This document shows, one piece after another, positions 18,975 through 26,738 of a stretch of 64,000 nt of DNA. Under the pieces are notes generated by a model. The model was not told where the DNA came from and did not search any database. It worked only from the letters and a program-made list of their open reading frames with translations. Position numbers and translations under genes: made by a program. The DNA comes from Desulfuromonas sp. (GTDB taxonomy: Bacteria > Desulfobacterota > Desulfuromonadia > Desulfuromonadales > UBA2294), in NCBI GenBank assembly GCA_002869615.1, contig PKUH01000095.1, forward strand, positions 70,039-134,038. Direction: 5' to 3'. Within the stretch, counting starts at the first letter, position 1; each line of letters starts with the position of its first letter.

Positions 18975-20270
18975 ATGCCGGCAGCAAATAAAACCGATAA
19001 AACTCATTATGATGTTATTGTTCTGGGGGATTCGCTGGCCGCCAGACTTACAGCCGCACTCTGCGCCAAAAAAGGTTGTCGAATTCTGACCGTACACGAG
19101 AATAAAGAACTTCCCGTCCCCTGGTTGACCTCATCATTTCTGCTTGAGCGGCTCCTCGATTTTCTCGATGGCCGCTCATGCAGTACAAAGCCGCTTCCGT
19201 TCCAGGTTATTACCCGTAACCAACGGATCGATTTCAACGGATCGAGCCCACTCAAAGATGAGTTACGCCGTGAACTTTTATCCGAACATTCTGAGGTTGC
19301 GACTTTTTTCGAGGATATCGAGTCCCTCGGCAACCAGCTGGAAGAACTGTTGTGGGAGTATGGTGGATTGCCTAAACCGGGGCTGGCAAACCGTTTCAAT
19401 TTCCGCAAACGCTGCTTTCGCGCAGATATCCCGAAGCGGGTTTTTCGTCAGTCACTCCGTGACCGGCTTTCCCGGTTCACTGAACCGGGCGCGCGTAAAG
19501 TCCTGACATCCCTGTTCAGTGGATTTTCGTTTACCCCCGCAAACAGACTGACCCTGGCCGAGTGCGCGCTGATCTGGAGTGGTCTCGGGAGCAAAACCGG
19601 GGTCTTCAAAAACGGTCTCGAGGAGTTGCTGCACCATCGCTACAAACAGTTTCACGGTGATGAGATCGAACTGCATCGGCTGGCCCGGCTACGGAGCAGC
19701 AAAGACGGCTCCTGCAAACTTCTGTTTGATGATGACACGATTGCTACCGGTGACCATCTGGTCTTTGCTGACAGAGAGAAGATACACCTTTGCGAGGGGC
19801 TTTCGGCACCACCATCCGGTCGCATGACCCGAAGTCACCTGAGTGACAACATTGGCGGCCGGATATCACCCTTGCTCGCCGACCATCTGATCCTCGACGG
19901 TAAGCCACCCCTTAAAATCAGTATTACAAAAGACGACAACAATTCGCTCTGCCGGGTTGAAAATGCCATGCTTGGCGATCAGGGATTGACCTCACCTGAA
20001 AAGATAGAAAAAAGACTCGGGAAGCTCTTCCCGTTTATCAACCTTAATCTGCAACCGGTGGTACAGGATGCGGGTACCGATGTCACCATCCGCTCCGACG
20101 GACAATCAGCGTTGATGACCGCTTATGAAAAAATCGACTTCGACCATGGACGGAAATACCTCTGCTGCGCCGAGTCAGTGATACCTGAACTCGGAACCGT
20201 CGGAGATGTGCTGGTTGCCATCACAGTCACCAACAATCTGCTCGAAGCAACAGGCAAACCGCTTCTTTGA
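18975..20270 (+). CDS. Hypothetical protein with a degenerate N-terminal Rossmann (FAD/NAD(P)-type) dinucleotide-binding motif
   Basis: 431 aa. YDVIVLGDSLAARLTAALCAKKGCRILTV resembles a GxGxxG beta-alpha-beta fold with the glycines replaced. I recognise no further family. Confidence 0.55.
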   Translation: MPAANKTDKTHYDVIVLGDSLAARLTAALCAKKGCRILTVHENKELPVPWLTSSFLLERLLDFLDGRSCSTKPLPFQVITRNQRIDFNGSSPLKDELRRELLSEHSEVATFFEDIESLGNQLEELLWEYGGLPKPGLANRFNFRKRCFRADIPKRVFRQSLRDRLSRFTEPGARKVLTSLFSGFSFTPANRLTLAECALIWSGLGSKTGVFKNGLEELLHHRYKQFHGDEIELHRLARLRSSKDGSCKLLFDDDTIATGDHLVFADREKIHLCEGLSAPPSGRMTRSHLSDNIGGRISPLLADHLILDGKPPLKISITKDDNNSLCRVENAMLGDQGLTSPEKIEKRLGKLFPFINLNLQPVVQDAGTDVTIRSDGQSALMTAYEKIDFDHGRKYLCCAESVIPELGTVGDVLVAITVTNNLLEATGKPLL

Positions 20271-20297
20271 TTTTCAGCAAAAGAAAAAGAAAAAAGC

Positions 20298-20326
20298 TTG
20301 CATTGTCACCTGAGTCATGGTAGAAA
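20298..20326 (+). promoter_or_regulatory. Candidate promoter for rpmB
   Basis: TTGCAT (20298-20303), a 17-nt spacer, then TAGAAA (20321-20326). Confidence 0.4.
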
Positions 20327-20357
20327 ATCGCGTTCGAAACAACAGGAGGACAAGAGA

Positions 20358-20552
20358 ATGGCCAAAGTTTGTGAAGTTTGTGGAAAAAAACCGATGACTG
20401 GGAATAATGTCAGTCATGCACATAACAAAACCAAAAAAGTGTTCAACCCGAACCTGCAGAAAATCCGGGCAGTTGACAACAAGGGTTCTGTTCGCGGCAT
20501 GAAGGTTTGTACCCGCTGTATCCTTAGTGGGGCTGTGCAGAAAGCTGTCTGA
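20358..20552 (+). CDS. rpmB: 50S ribosomal protein L28
   Basis: [34 protein letters not shown] is canonical L28. AGGAGGA (20344-20350) lies upstream of ATG 20358. The longer track ORF from 20298 is rejected. Confidence 0.95.
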   Translation: MAKVCEVCGKKPMTGNNVSHAHNKTKKVFNPNLQKIRAVDNKGSVRGMKVCTRCILSGAVQKAV

Positions 20553-20576
20553 TTCGGTATAGATATCTCAAGAGAA

Positions 20577-20608
20577 GGCGGACCTGATTATCGGGCCCGC
20601 CTTTTTTT
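20577..20608 (+). terminator. Rho-independent terminator of rpmB
   Basis: GGCGGACC-loop-GGGCCCGCC (one bulge) followed by TTTTTTT. Confidence 0.75.
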
Positions 20609-20609
20609 A

Positions 20610-21298
20610 TGGTTCTTCGCAGATTAGAGTGAATACAACGTTAGACTCCTTCTTCAGCTTGCCCAGGACAGGCAAAAAAGTCAGGAGCCGGTCGTTCGAT
20701 ACCGGCGGTCTTGATTGATTGGATAAGAATACTGACCTGAATGCAGGAGACAGGAGAACCGCGCGGTCACGGCCGCGCACTCCGCCATACTCTTTTATTG
20801 AGCCATAAAAGAGTATGCAGAAAACGGCTCCCTTGCAGGGGGCTTTTGTTCTGTCTGAATTATTTCTGTTGAACAGTTCAATTCGGGAGTTTGCCTCGAG
20901 GCAAACACTGCACGTCTCCGTGGCGGTTACGGTCGGGCTACGGTTTGGTGATCGTGGTACCAGAGGGCGACCTCAAGAGCTCCACGGGTGAGTCAAGGGC
21001 TTTGCTTTTAAAGTTTTGAGACTTTTCCTGGTTTTCTCTGACAGCTGACAGCTTAAAACTTACAGCTGTCTTATATGTAAGACCGCCGAGCGAGCGGATT
21101 TTTAATCCGGTGTTCAGGTAACGATAGTGACTGCCGGATTGGAATCTGCGCAGTGAGGGAACCTGATCATCAGGCGGGCTCGCTGGGGTGTCGTTCTCTT
21201 GATTTATGCTTTCATGGTGCGAGTGGAAAAGTCTGGCGGTATTTGTGTGCGCACCATCTAATTCCCGATAAAACGCGATGAGCCTATTTTATTGCACT
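20610..21298. other. ORF-free, hairpin-dense spacer between convergent rpmB and ridA (candidate ncRNA locus, strand unknown)
   Basis: No ORF of 60 aa or more except a spurious one overlapping ridA. A perfect 13-bp hairpin lies at 20786-20817. Further stems lie at 20761-20778, 20889-20906, 21040-21070 and 21214-21257. A possible long-range helix pairs 21086-21095 with 21178-21187. Confidence 0.3.
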
Positions 21299-21688
21299 TT
21301 ATTTCTGCCTCCCGCTCCAGGCAATCCATTCAATCTCGATCGATACCCCCTTCGGCAATCCGGCGACCTCAACACAGGCCCGCGCCGGAGCCGGCTCATC
21401 AAAATATCCGGCATAGACGTCATTAACGGTAGCAAAATCATCAAGATCGGTCAGGTATATCGTCGTTTTGACGACGTCTGAGGTGGTCAGTCCGGCCGCT
21501 TCGAGCACGGCCCGCATGTTTTGCATCACCTGCCTGGTTTGAACCTCAATCGCTCCGGTCACCACCTCGCCGTCCGGAGTCAACGGGATCTGGCCAGAGA
21601 AAAAAACAAACTCACCGGCCCTTATCCCTTGTGAGTAGGGGCCAATAGCCGCCGGTGCGGCCGTCGTCGCAATCTCTTCCATGCTCAT
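21299..21688 (-). CDS. ridA: RidA/YjgF family reactive-intermediate deaminase
   Basis: 129 aa. APAAIGPYSQG, SGQIPL and ARACVEVAGLPKGVSIEIE are the RidA signature. Confidence 0.9.
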   Translation of the reverse strand: MSMEEIATTAAPAAIGPYSQGIRAGEFVFFSGQIPLTPDGEVVTGAIEVQTRQVMQNMRAVLEAAGLTTSDVVKTTIYLTDLDDFATVNDVYAGYFDEPAPARACVEVAGLPKGVSIEIEWIAWSGRQK

Positions 21689-21708
21689 TGCACCTCCTCT
21701 GGCGTCGA

Positions 21709-23862
21709 TCAGGAATGCTTGATGCGCACCACCTTGTGCACACCGTTCAGTTTTTTTATTGATGAAATCACCTTGTTCAGGTGATCAACATCCCGAATGT
21801 CGATTTCGAAGTCGTTGATCGCCCCCTGATCCGGATTCGACTGCACGTGCGCGCTGAGGATGTTTGCCTCGTTATCGGTGATCGCCGATGAGATAGCAGC
21901 CAGCATGCCTTTCCTGTCGGCACAAACGATCCGGATAGTGACCGCCCGTGAGGCTTGCTTGCTGATGTCCCATTCAACTGAAATCCATCGATCCGGATCA
22001 GAATCGATAACATGCGGGCAGTCCGCCGTGTGGACGGTGACGCCGCGGCCGCGGGTAATAAAACCGGTAATCGGATCGCCCGGCACCGGATTACAACATT
22101 TGGCGAACCGGACCAGGATGTCGTCGACCCCCTGGATCTTGATTGCACTTTTCGGTTTCCTTCTGAGTTTATCAAGGACTTTCTCAAAACGACCGGCTTC
22201 GACATCTTCGGAAATCTTCTCCTTTGGCACAACCCGGTTGACGACCTGGCCAACGGTCACCTTGCCATAACCGACATTCGCAAGCAGATCATCAATTTTA
22301 CCGAATCCCAGGTCAGCAAGAAGTTTTTTCTGAACGTCGCCGCTCAGCGCACGGTTCATGCTGTAACCGTGCTTGCGCAACTCTTTTTCCAGCAGGTTCT
22401 TGCCAAGGTCGATACTTTTTTCGCGCTGTTCGGCCTTGACCCACTGCCTGATTTTATTACGGGCCTTACTTGTCTTGACAAAGGCGAGCCAGTCTTTCGA
22501 AGGTGAGTGCTGCTTTGAAGTCAGGACTTCTACGATATCACCATTGTTGAGCGTTGTTCTTAATGGCACCATTCTGCCGTTGACCCTGGCACCGACACAA
22601 CGATTGCCAACGTCGGTATGGATGATATAGGCAAAATCAACCGGGGTTGAACCTCGCGGCAATTCCTTGACATCGCCGCCGGGAGTAAATACATAGACCT
22701 CTTCCGGGAACAACTCGATCTTGACAGTATCGATGAATTCCTTGGAATCCTTGACCTCCTGCTGCCACTCGAGCATTTGCCTGAGCCAACGAAAGCCGCT
22801 GTCTTCCCGGGTGGTTGCGACCGACTTCCCCTCTTCCTTGTATTTCCAGTGCGCGGCAATCCCTTCTTCTGCAATCCGGTGCATCTCCTCGGTCCGAATC
22901 TGTACTTCAATCCTTCCGCCGTAGGGCCCGATAACCGTGGTATGAAGGGACTGGTACATATTTGCCTTCGGCATGGCGATATAATCCTTGAAACGTCCCG
23001 GAATCGGCTTCCAGGCCGCATGGATGATCCCGAGGACGGCATAACAATCACGAACCGAATCGACAATGACCCGAAAAGCGGTCAGGTCGTAAATCTGGTC
23101 AAAATCGAGTCCCTGACGAACCATTTTAAGATAGATCGAATAGAGATGTTTTGAACGGCCCGAGACCTCGGCCGTGATGTCATTTTCTGCCAGCATTTTA
23201 TTGATGATGCCACGGATATCCTCGATATATGAATCCCGTTCTTTCTTCTGGCCGGCCGCCCGATTAACCAGATCTGCATAAAATTCCGGCTCTATGTAGC
23301 GAAAGGCAAGGTCTTCGAGATCACTTTTGACCCAACTGATACCGAGCCGATTCGCCAGCGGTGCAAAGATGTCCAGCGTTTCACGGGCGATCCGTTTACG
23401 CGTTGCTTCCGGCTGATGTTCAAGGGTCCGCATGTTGTGCAGCCGATCAGCGAGTTTAACGATAATTACCCGCAGATCACGGGCCATGGCAAGCAACATC
23501 TTGCGGAAGTTTTCGGCCTGTTTCTCTTCACTGGTCCGGAAGGTAATACGACCGATTTTGGTCACACCATCAACCAATCGGGCAATCTCCTCGCCGAACT
23601 CCTCTTTCAGTTGGTCGAAGGTGACATCGGTATCTTCGATTGTATCGTGGAGCAGACCGGTTGCTATGGTCGGAAGATCCATCTTGAGACCGACGAGAAT
23701 CGATGAGACTTCAACCAGGTGAGTGAGAAAAGGTTCGCCGGAAAGGCGGGACTGGTCCGAATGGGCTTCCGCTGCACGGTTGAAAGCCCTGCGGATCAGA
23801 TCAAGATCGGCATCAGGGTAAAGCTGCCGGATTTCTTTGAGGAGTTTGTCCAGAAGGACCAT
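21709..23862 (-). CDS. relA: Bifunctional (p)ppGpp synthetase/hydrolase (RelA/SpoT homolog)
   Basis: 717 aa. HD hydrolase domain (HLVEV...LHDTIEDT), synthetase domain (YQSLHTTV, EVQIRT), and TGS and ACT C-terminal domains. Confidence 0.95.
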   Translation of the reverse strand: MVLLDKLLKEIRQLYPDADLDLIRRAFNRAAEAHSDQSRLSGEPFLTHLVEVSSILVGLKMDLPTIATGLLHDTIEDTDVTFDQLKEEFGEEIARLVDGVTKIGRITFRTSEEKQAENFRKMLLAMARDLRVIIVKLADRLHNMRTLEHQPEATRKRIARETLDIFAPLANRLGISWVKSDLEDLAFRYIEPEFYADLVNRAAGQKKERDSYIEDIRGIINKMLAENDITAEVSGRSKHLYSIYLKMVRQGLDFDQIYDLTAFRVIVDSVRDCYAVLGIIHAAWKPIPGRFKDYIAMPKANMYQSLHTTVIGPYGGRIEVQIRTEEMHRIAEEGIAAHWKYKEEGKSVATTREDSGFRWLRQMLEWQQEVKDSKEFIDTVKIELFPEEVYVFTPGGDVKELPRGSTPVDFAYIIHTDVGNRCVGARVNGRMVPLRTTLNNGDIVEVLTSKQHSPSKDWLAFVKTSKARNKIRQWVKAEQREKSIDLGKNLLEKELRKHGYSMNRALSGDVQKKLLADLGFGKIDDLLANVGYGKVTVGQVVNRVVPKEKISEDVEAGRFEKVLDKLRRKPKSAIKIQGVDDILVRFAKCCNPVPGDPITGFITRGRGVTVHTADCPHVIDSDPDRWISVEWDISKQASRAVTIRIVCADRKGMLAAISSAITDNEANILSAHVQSNPDQGAINDFEIDIRDVDHLNKVISSIKKLNGVHKVVRIKHS

Positions 23863-23890
23863 GGCAATTAGTAAACGGCCGGCACAATAA

Positions 23891-23912
23891 CGCCGGTGTC
23901 AGGACACCGGCG
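23891..23912 (-). promoter_or_regulatory. Perfect 9-bp GC-rich hairpin in the rpoZ-relA spacer (possible attenuator or partial terminator)
   Basis: CGCCGGTGT-CAGG-ACACCGGCG. On the minus strand it is followed by TTATTGTG, a weak T tract. Confidence 0.4.
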
Positions 23913-23940
23913 CAGTATTTGATAGCGGCTGCAGTTAAAG

Positions 23941-24147
23941 TCAGTTCTTGCGGGAAGGAATATCGTATTCGATCTTGCCATCGGCAATTTCGCGTAACGC
24001 GAGAACAACTTTTTTGTTGCCAGATTTGTTCTCAATAAGAGGATAGGCTCCCTTGTACAACTGCTTGGTTCTTTTTGAAGCAATCATAACCAGAAGGAAG
24101 CGATTCGGAATCTGGTCAAGACAATCTTCTACGGTAATACGTGCCAT
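23941..24147 (-). CDS. rpoZ: DNA-directed RNA polymerase subunit omega
   Basis: 68 aa. [30 protein letters not shown] is canonical omega. Confidence 0.95.
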   Translation of the reverse strand: MARITVEDCLDQIPNRFLLVMIASKRTKQLYKGAYPLIENKSGNKKVVLALREIADGKIEYDIPSRKN

Positions 24148-24171
24148 TTTATAAAAACTCCTTTTTCTGGA

Positions 24172-24813
24172 TCAATTCAGCATATCCTGCATCGCAGGAA
24201 GAATGAGGGTGGTTCGACATGATTCGGCAGACAGTATAGCCTTTAGCTGCTGCAATGCAAAGTCGAAATTATCGTTGACGACAATATAATCGTACCATTT
24301 CGCCTCCAGAACTTCCTGTCGGGCGTTTTCGATACGCCGAATTATGACCTCTTCCGGGTCGCTGTTGCGTTTTTCAAGCCGCTGTTGCAGCACGGCAAAA
24401 TCCGGCGGCATAATAAAAATATAGACCCCGTTATCAAGACACTTTTTCAACTGCGCAGCGCCCTGGTAGTCGATATCAAGGAGGATATCCTTGCCGGACC
24501 GGCTCATTTCCTCGAGCCGGCGGATGCTCGTCCCGTAGTAATTTCCGTGAACCCTGGCCCACTCGGCAAACTCCCCCTCCTCTATTCTCTTCTCGAAGTC
24601 GGCAATATCCACGAAATGATAATCGACCCCATCCTTTTCGCCGGCGCGCATGGGCCGGGTCGTGTACGAAACCGAAAGCTGAAGATCGGGACTCGCCTCG
24701 AGAAGTGCCTTGCAGAGTGTAGTTTTACCGGCTCCCGATGGAGCCGAAACGACGAAGACAGACCCGGAGTTGGAGCCTGGGGACTGGGGGCTGAGGGCTG
24801 GTTTTTTAGGCAT
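24172..24813 (-). CDS. gmk: Guanylate kinase
   Basis: P-loop [29 protein letters not shown] prefer the start at MPKKPA (24813). The track extension to 24873 lies in the 3' end of the upstream pseudogene. Confidence 0.93.
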   Translation of the reverse strand: MPKKPALSPQSPGSNSGSVFVVSAPSGAGKTTLCKALLEASPDLQLSVSYTTRPMRAGEKDGVDYHFVDIADFEKRIEEGEFAEWARVHGNYYGTSIRRLEEMSRSGKDILLDIDYQGAAQLKKCLDNGVYIFIMPPDFAVLQQRLEKRNSDPEEVIIRRIENARQEVLEAKWYDYIVVNDNFDFALQQLKAILSAESCRTTLILPAMQDMLN

Positions 24814-25172
24814 CAATATTCTTTCGTAAAGATTTCTGCAAACTTCTAATTCTCTTCCCAAGCCTATCAGCAAGACTCAAGGTTTTATCAGATTCAGATT
24901 CCGAAACATAAGCCAGTTTTTCAGCAATTGTCAAATGTGTCTCCAGTTCGGCCAATGACCCGAGGGATATGGCCAGAAAATGAAGAAATTCCTTCGTTGA
25001 AGTGCGAGCATGTCCTTCAGCAATATTCAGCAGGTACTGAAACTGATGCCCTTTGCATTTGACTACAAAGAGCGTAGCGCTCCTGATTTGGGAACTGTTT
25101 GGTCAATCTGTAAATTTGCATGACAAGATCGATTCCTTCGCTCCATACTTCCAGATCACGATAAGATTTCAT
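24806..25172 (-). pseudogene. Four-helix-bundle protein (23S rRNA intervening-sequence protein family) disrupted by a +1 frameshift
   Basis: My translation from ATG 25172 reads MKSYRDLEVWSEGIDLVMQIYRLTKQFPNQERYALCSQMQRASVSVPA, then hits TGA at 25019-25017. Skipping one base (25028) restores NIAEGHARTSTKEFLHFLAISLGSLAELETHLTIAEKLAYV...RKNIDA*, ending at 24806. The span is 367 nt, which is 3n+1. The family motif S.P.NIAEG straddles the shift. Confidence 0.8.
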
Positions 25173-25248
25173 GACTCCCCCCAAGAAGTAGAATAAATAT
25201 ATCTGTTGAATTTAACAAGATCCCAGCCCCTATACTCTAATAACGGCC

Positions 25249-26127
25249 TTATTCAATGTTCTGAATCTGTTCACGCACTTTTTCCAGCTCGGCTTTGGCG
25301 GCAACAACGAGCTGAGTCAGGTCGGCATCATTCGATTTCGAACCCATGGTATTCGCCTCGCGGTTCAGTTCCTGGGCAATGAAATCCATCTTGCGCCCGA
25401 TCGGTTCATCGGAATCAAGAAGTGCTTCATACTGATCAAGATGACTGGAAAAACGGGCCAGTTCTTCGCTGATATCACAGCGATCAGCAAAAATTGCTAT
25501 TTCCTGGGCGACACGCTGGGGATCGACGGCAACATCATCCGGCAATCGGGCGAGTCGTTCTTTCAGTTTTTCCTGCCACTCGTTAACAACCAGCGGTGCC
25601 CGGCCAGAAATATCCGCGAGCAGGCCTCTCAGATTACCGAGACGCATGGCAACATCAGCCTTCATCGCCTCACCCTCAGTCTGCCGCATCTGCTGCATAG
25701 CATCAAGGGCTGTTGCAAGTGCCTGCATGGTCAATTCCGGTAGTACCGAATCCTCGACTGAAATTTCCTTGACGCCTATAACGTCCTTCTGCCCGACCAA
25801 AAGCTCGAGCGGAATCTCGGTTGAAAGCCCATATTTTTCGGTCAGTGACTTGAATATTTCAACGTAAGAATCGGCCACCGCAAAATTGACTTCCGGAGCG
25901 CCCCCCGCAGCATCGTCCTGGCCCACCTGAACAAAAAGATCGACCTTGCCACGATTGACCACTTCCGACACCCGCTTCCTGATACCATTTTCGAGAGGCA
26001 ACATAAAACGCGGAGCCTTCAGGGAGATATCACTGAAACGGTGATTAACGCTGCGGGCTTCCACTGATACTGAAAAACCGCCGCCCTCGGCTTCACCCTT
26101 GCCATATCCGGTCATACTTTTAAGCAT
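25249..26127 (-). CDS. yicC: YicC family stress-induced protein
   Basis: 292 aa. MLKSMTGYG..E, SVNHR and a C-terminal EKVREQIQNIE are the YicC N- and C-terminal signatures. Confidence 0.9.
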   Translation of the reverse strand: MLKSMTGYGKGEAEGGGFSVSVEARSVNHRFSDISLKAPRFMLPLENGIRKRVSEVVNRGKVDLFVQVGQDDAAGGAPEVNFAVADSYVEIFKSLTEKYGLSTEIPLELLVGQKDVIGVKEISVEDSVLPELTMQALATALDAMQQMRQTEGEAMKADVAMRLGNLRGLLADISGRAPLVVNEWQEKLKERLARLPDDVAVDPQRVAQEIAIFADRCDISEELARFSSHLDQYEALLDSDEPIGRKMDFIAQELNREANTMGSKSNDADLTQLVVAAKAELEKVREQIQNIE

Positions 26128-26141
26128 AAAAATCCTTCACA

Positions 26142-26738
26142 CTATGATTGTAGAGTGTTATCCAAGATATTCTCAGTCGCATCAATAAGCGTATCAAACG
26201 TCAATAAATCTTCGTCAGCCAAGTCAAGGAGCTGCTCGCTTCCGTAGCCGGTCCGAACCAGCATCGGAGTACACCCGGACGCACGGGCCGCATCAATATC
26301 GGCCATCTTGTCGCCGACCAGATATGAGCACTTCAAATCGACTCCGAGCTCATCAGCTGCCTGGGTAATCATTCCGGGCGCCGGCTTGCGACAGGCACAA
26401 TCTATCCGATATTGGCCCTTACCCTCGGTTGGATGATGCGGGCAGACGTAAAATGCGTCGATTGCGGTCCCGATAGCAGCTAACTCTTTCTGGATATGCT
26501 GGTGCAGCCTTGTCACAGCCTCAAGCGAATAATAGCCGCGACCAATGCCGGACTGATTGGTGATGACAATGACCAGAAAACCGGCATCCTTCAGCCTCCG
26601 GATCGATTCCGGTGCTCCGGCAATAAACTCGAAGTCCTCAATTTTGTAAAGATAATGTTTCTCGACGTTAATTGTCCCGTCACGATCGAGGAACACTGCT
26701 GGTCTCAATGGCCGGCAATGTGGACTATTCATGCCCAT
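26142..26738 (-). CDS. gmhB: D-glycero-D-manno-heptose 1,7-bisphosphate phosphatase (HAD-IIIA)
   Basis: VFLDRDGTIN, ITNQSGIGRGY, a CxH..C zinc motif (CPHHP...C.CRKP) and VGDK..D. The start is ambiguous (26747, 26738 or 26732) and overlaps the hldE stop. Confidence 0.85.
   Translation of the reverse strand: MGMNSPHCRPLRPAVFLDRDGTINVEKHYLYKIEDFEFIAGAPESIRRLKDAGFLVIVITNQSGIGRGYYSLEAVTRLHQHIQKELAAIGTAIDAFYVCPHHPTEGKGQYRIDCACRKPAPGMITQAADELGVDLKCSYLVGDKMADIDAARASGCTPMLVRTGYGSEQLLDLADEDLLTFDTLIDATENILDNTLQS

Noticed and set aside
20298-20357. An upstream extension of rpmB ([20 protein letters not shown]...) from the ORF track.
   Set aside because: It starts at a TTG inside the putative -35 box. 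The canonical L28 N-terminus [12 protein letters not shown] begins at 20358, with AGGAGGA 8 nt upstream.
20610-21298. I checked whether the long spacer is RNase P RNA, tmRNA, SRP RNA or a tRNA. The cues were GGAAAAGTCTGGCGG, CAGGTAACG, and a GTTCGAT loop at about 20690-20706.
   Set aside because: The other universal blocks are missing: no GAGGAAAGTCCGG, ACAGAA.CCGGCTTA or TGGTGGAG/CCA-end context, and no acceptor-stem complementarity around the T-loop-like hairpin. The resemblances are short and probably due to chance. I keep the region as an unidentified candidate only.
21278-21481. A 67-aa plus-strand ORF at the edge of the non-coding spacer.
   Set aside because: It lies almost completely antisense to ridA, and its translation is not protein-like. 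It does not explain the spacer.
24813-24873. A 20-codon N-terminal extension of gmk (MLIGLGRELEVCRNLYERIL).
   Set aside because: It overlaps the restored reading frame of the upstream four-helix-bundle gene. The guanylate kinase homology, including the P-loop, is fully contained after the MPKKPA start.
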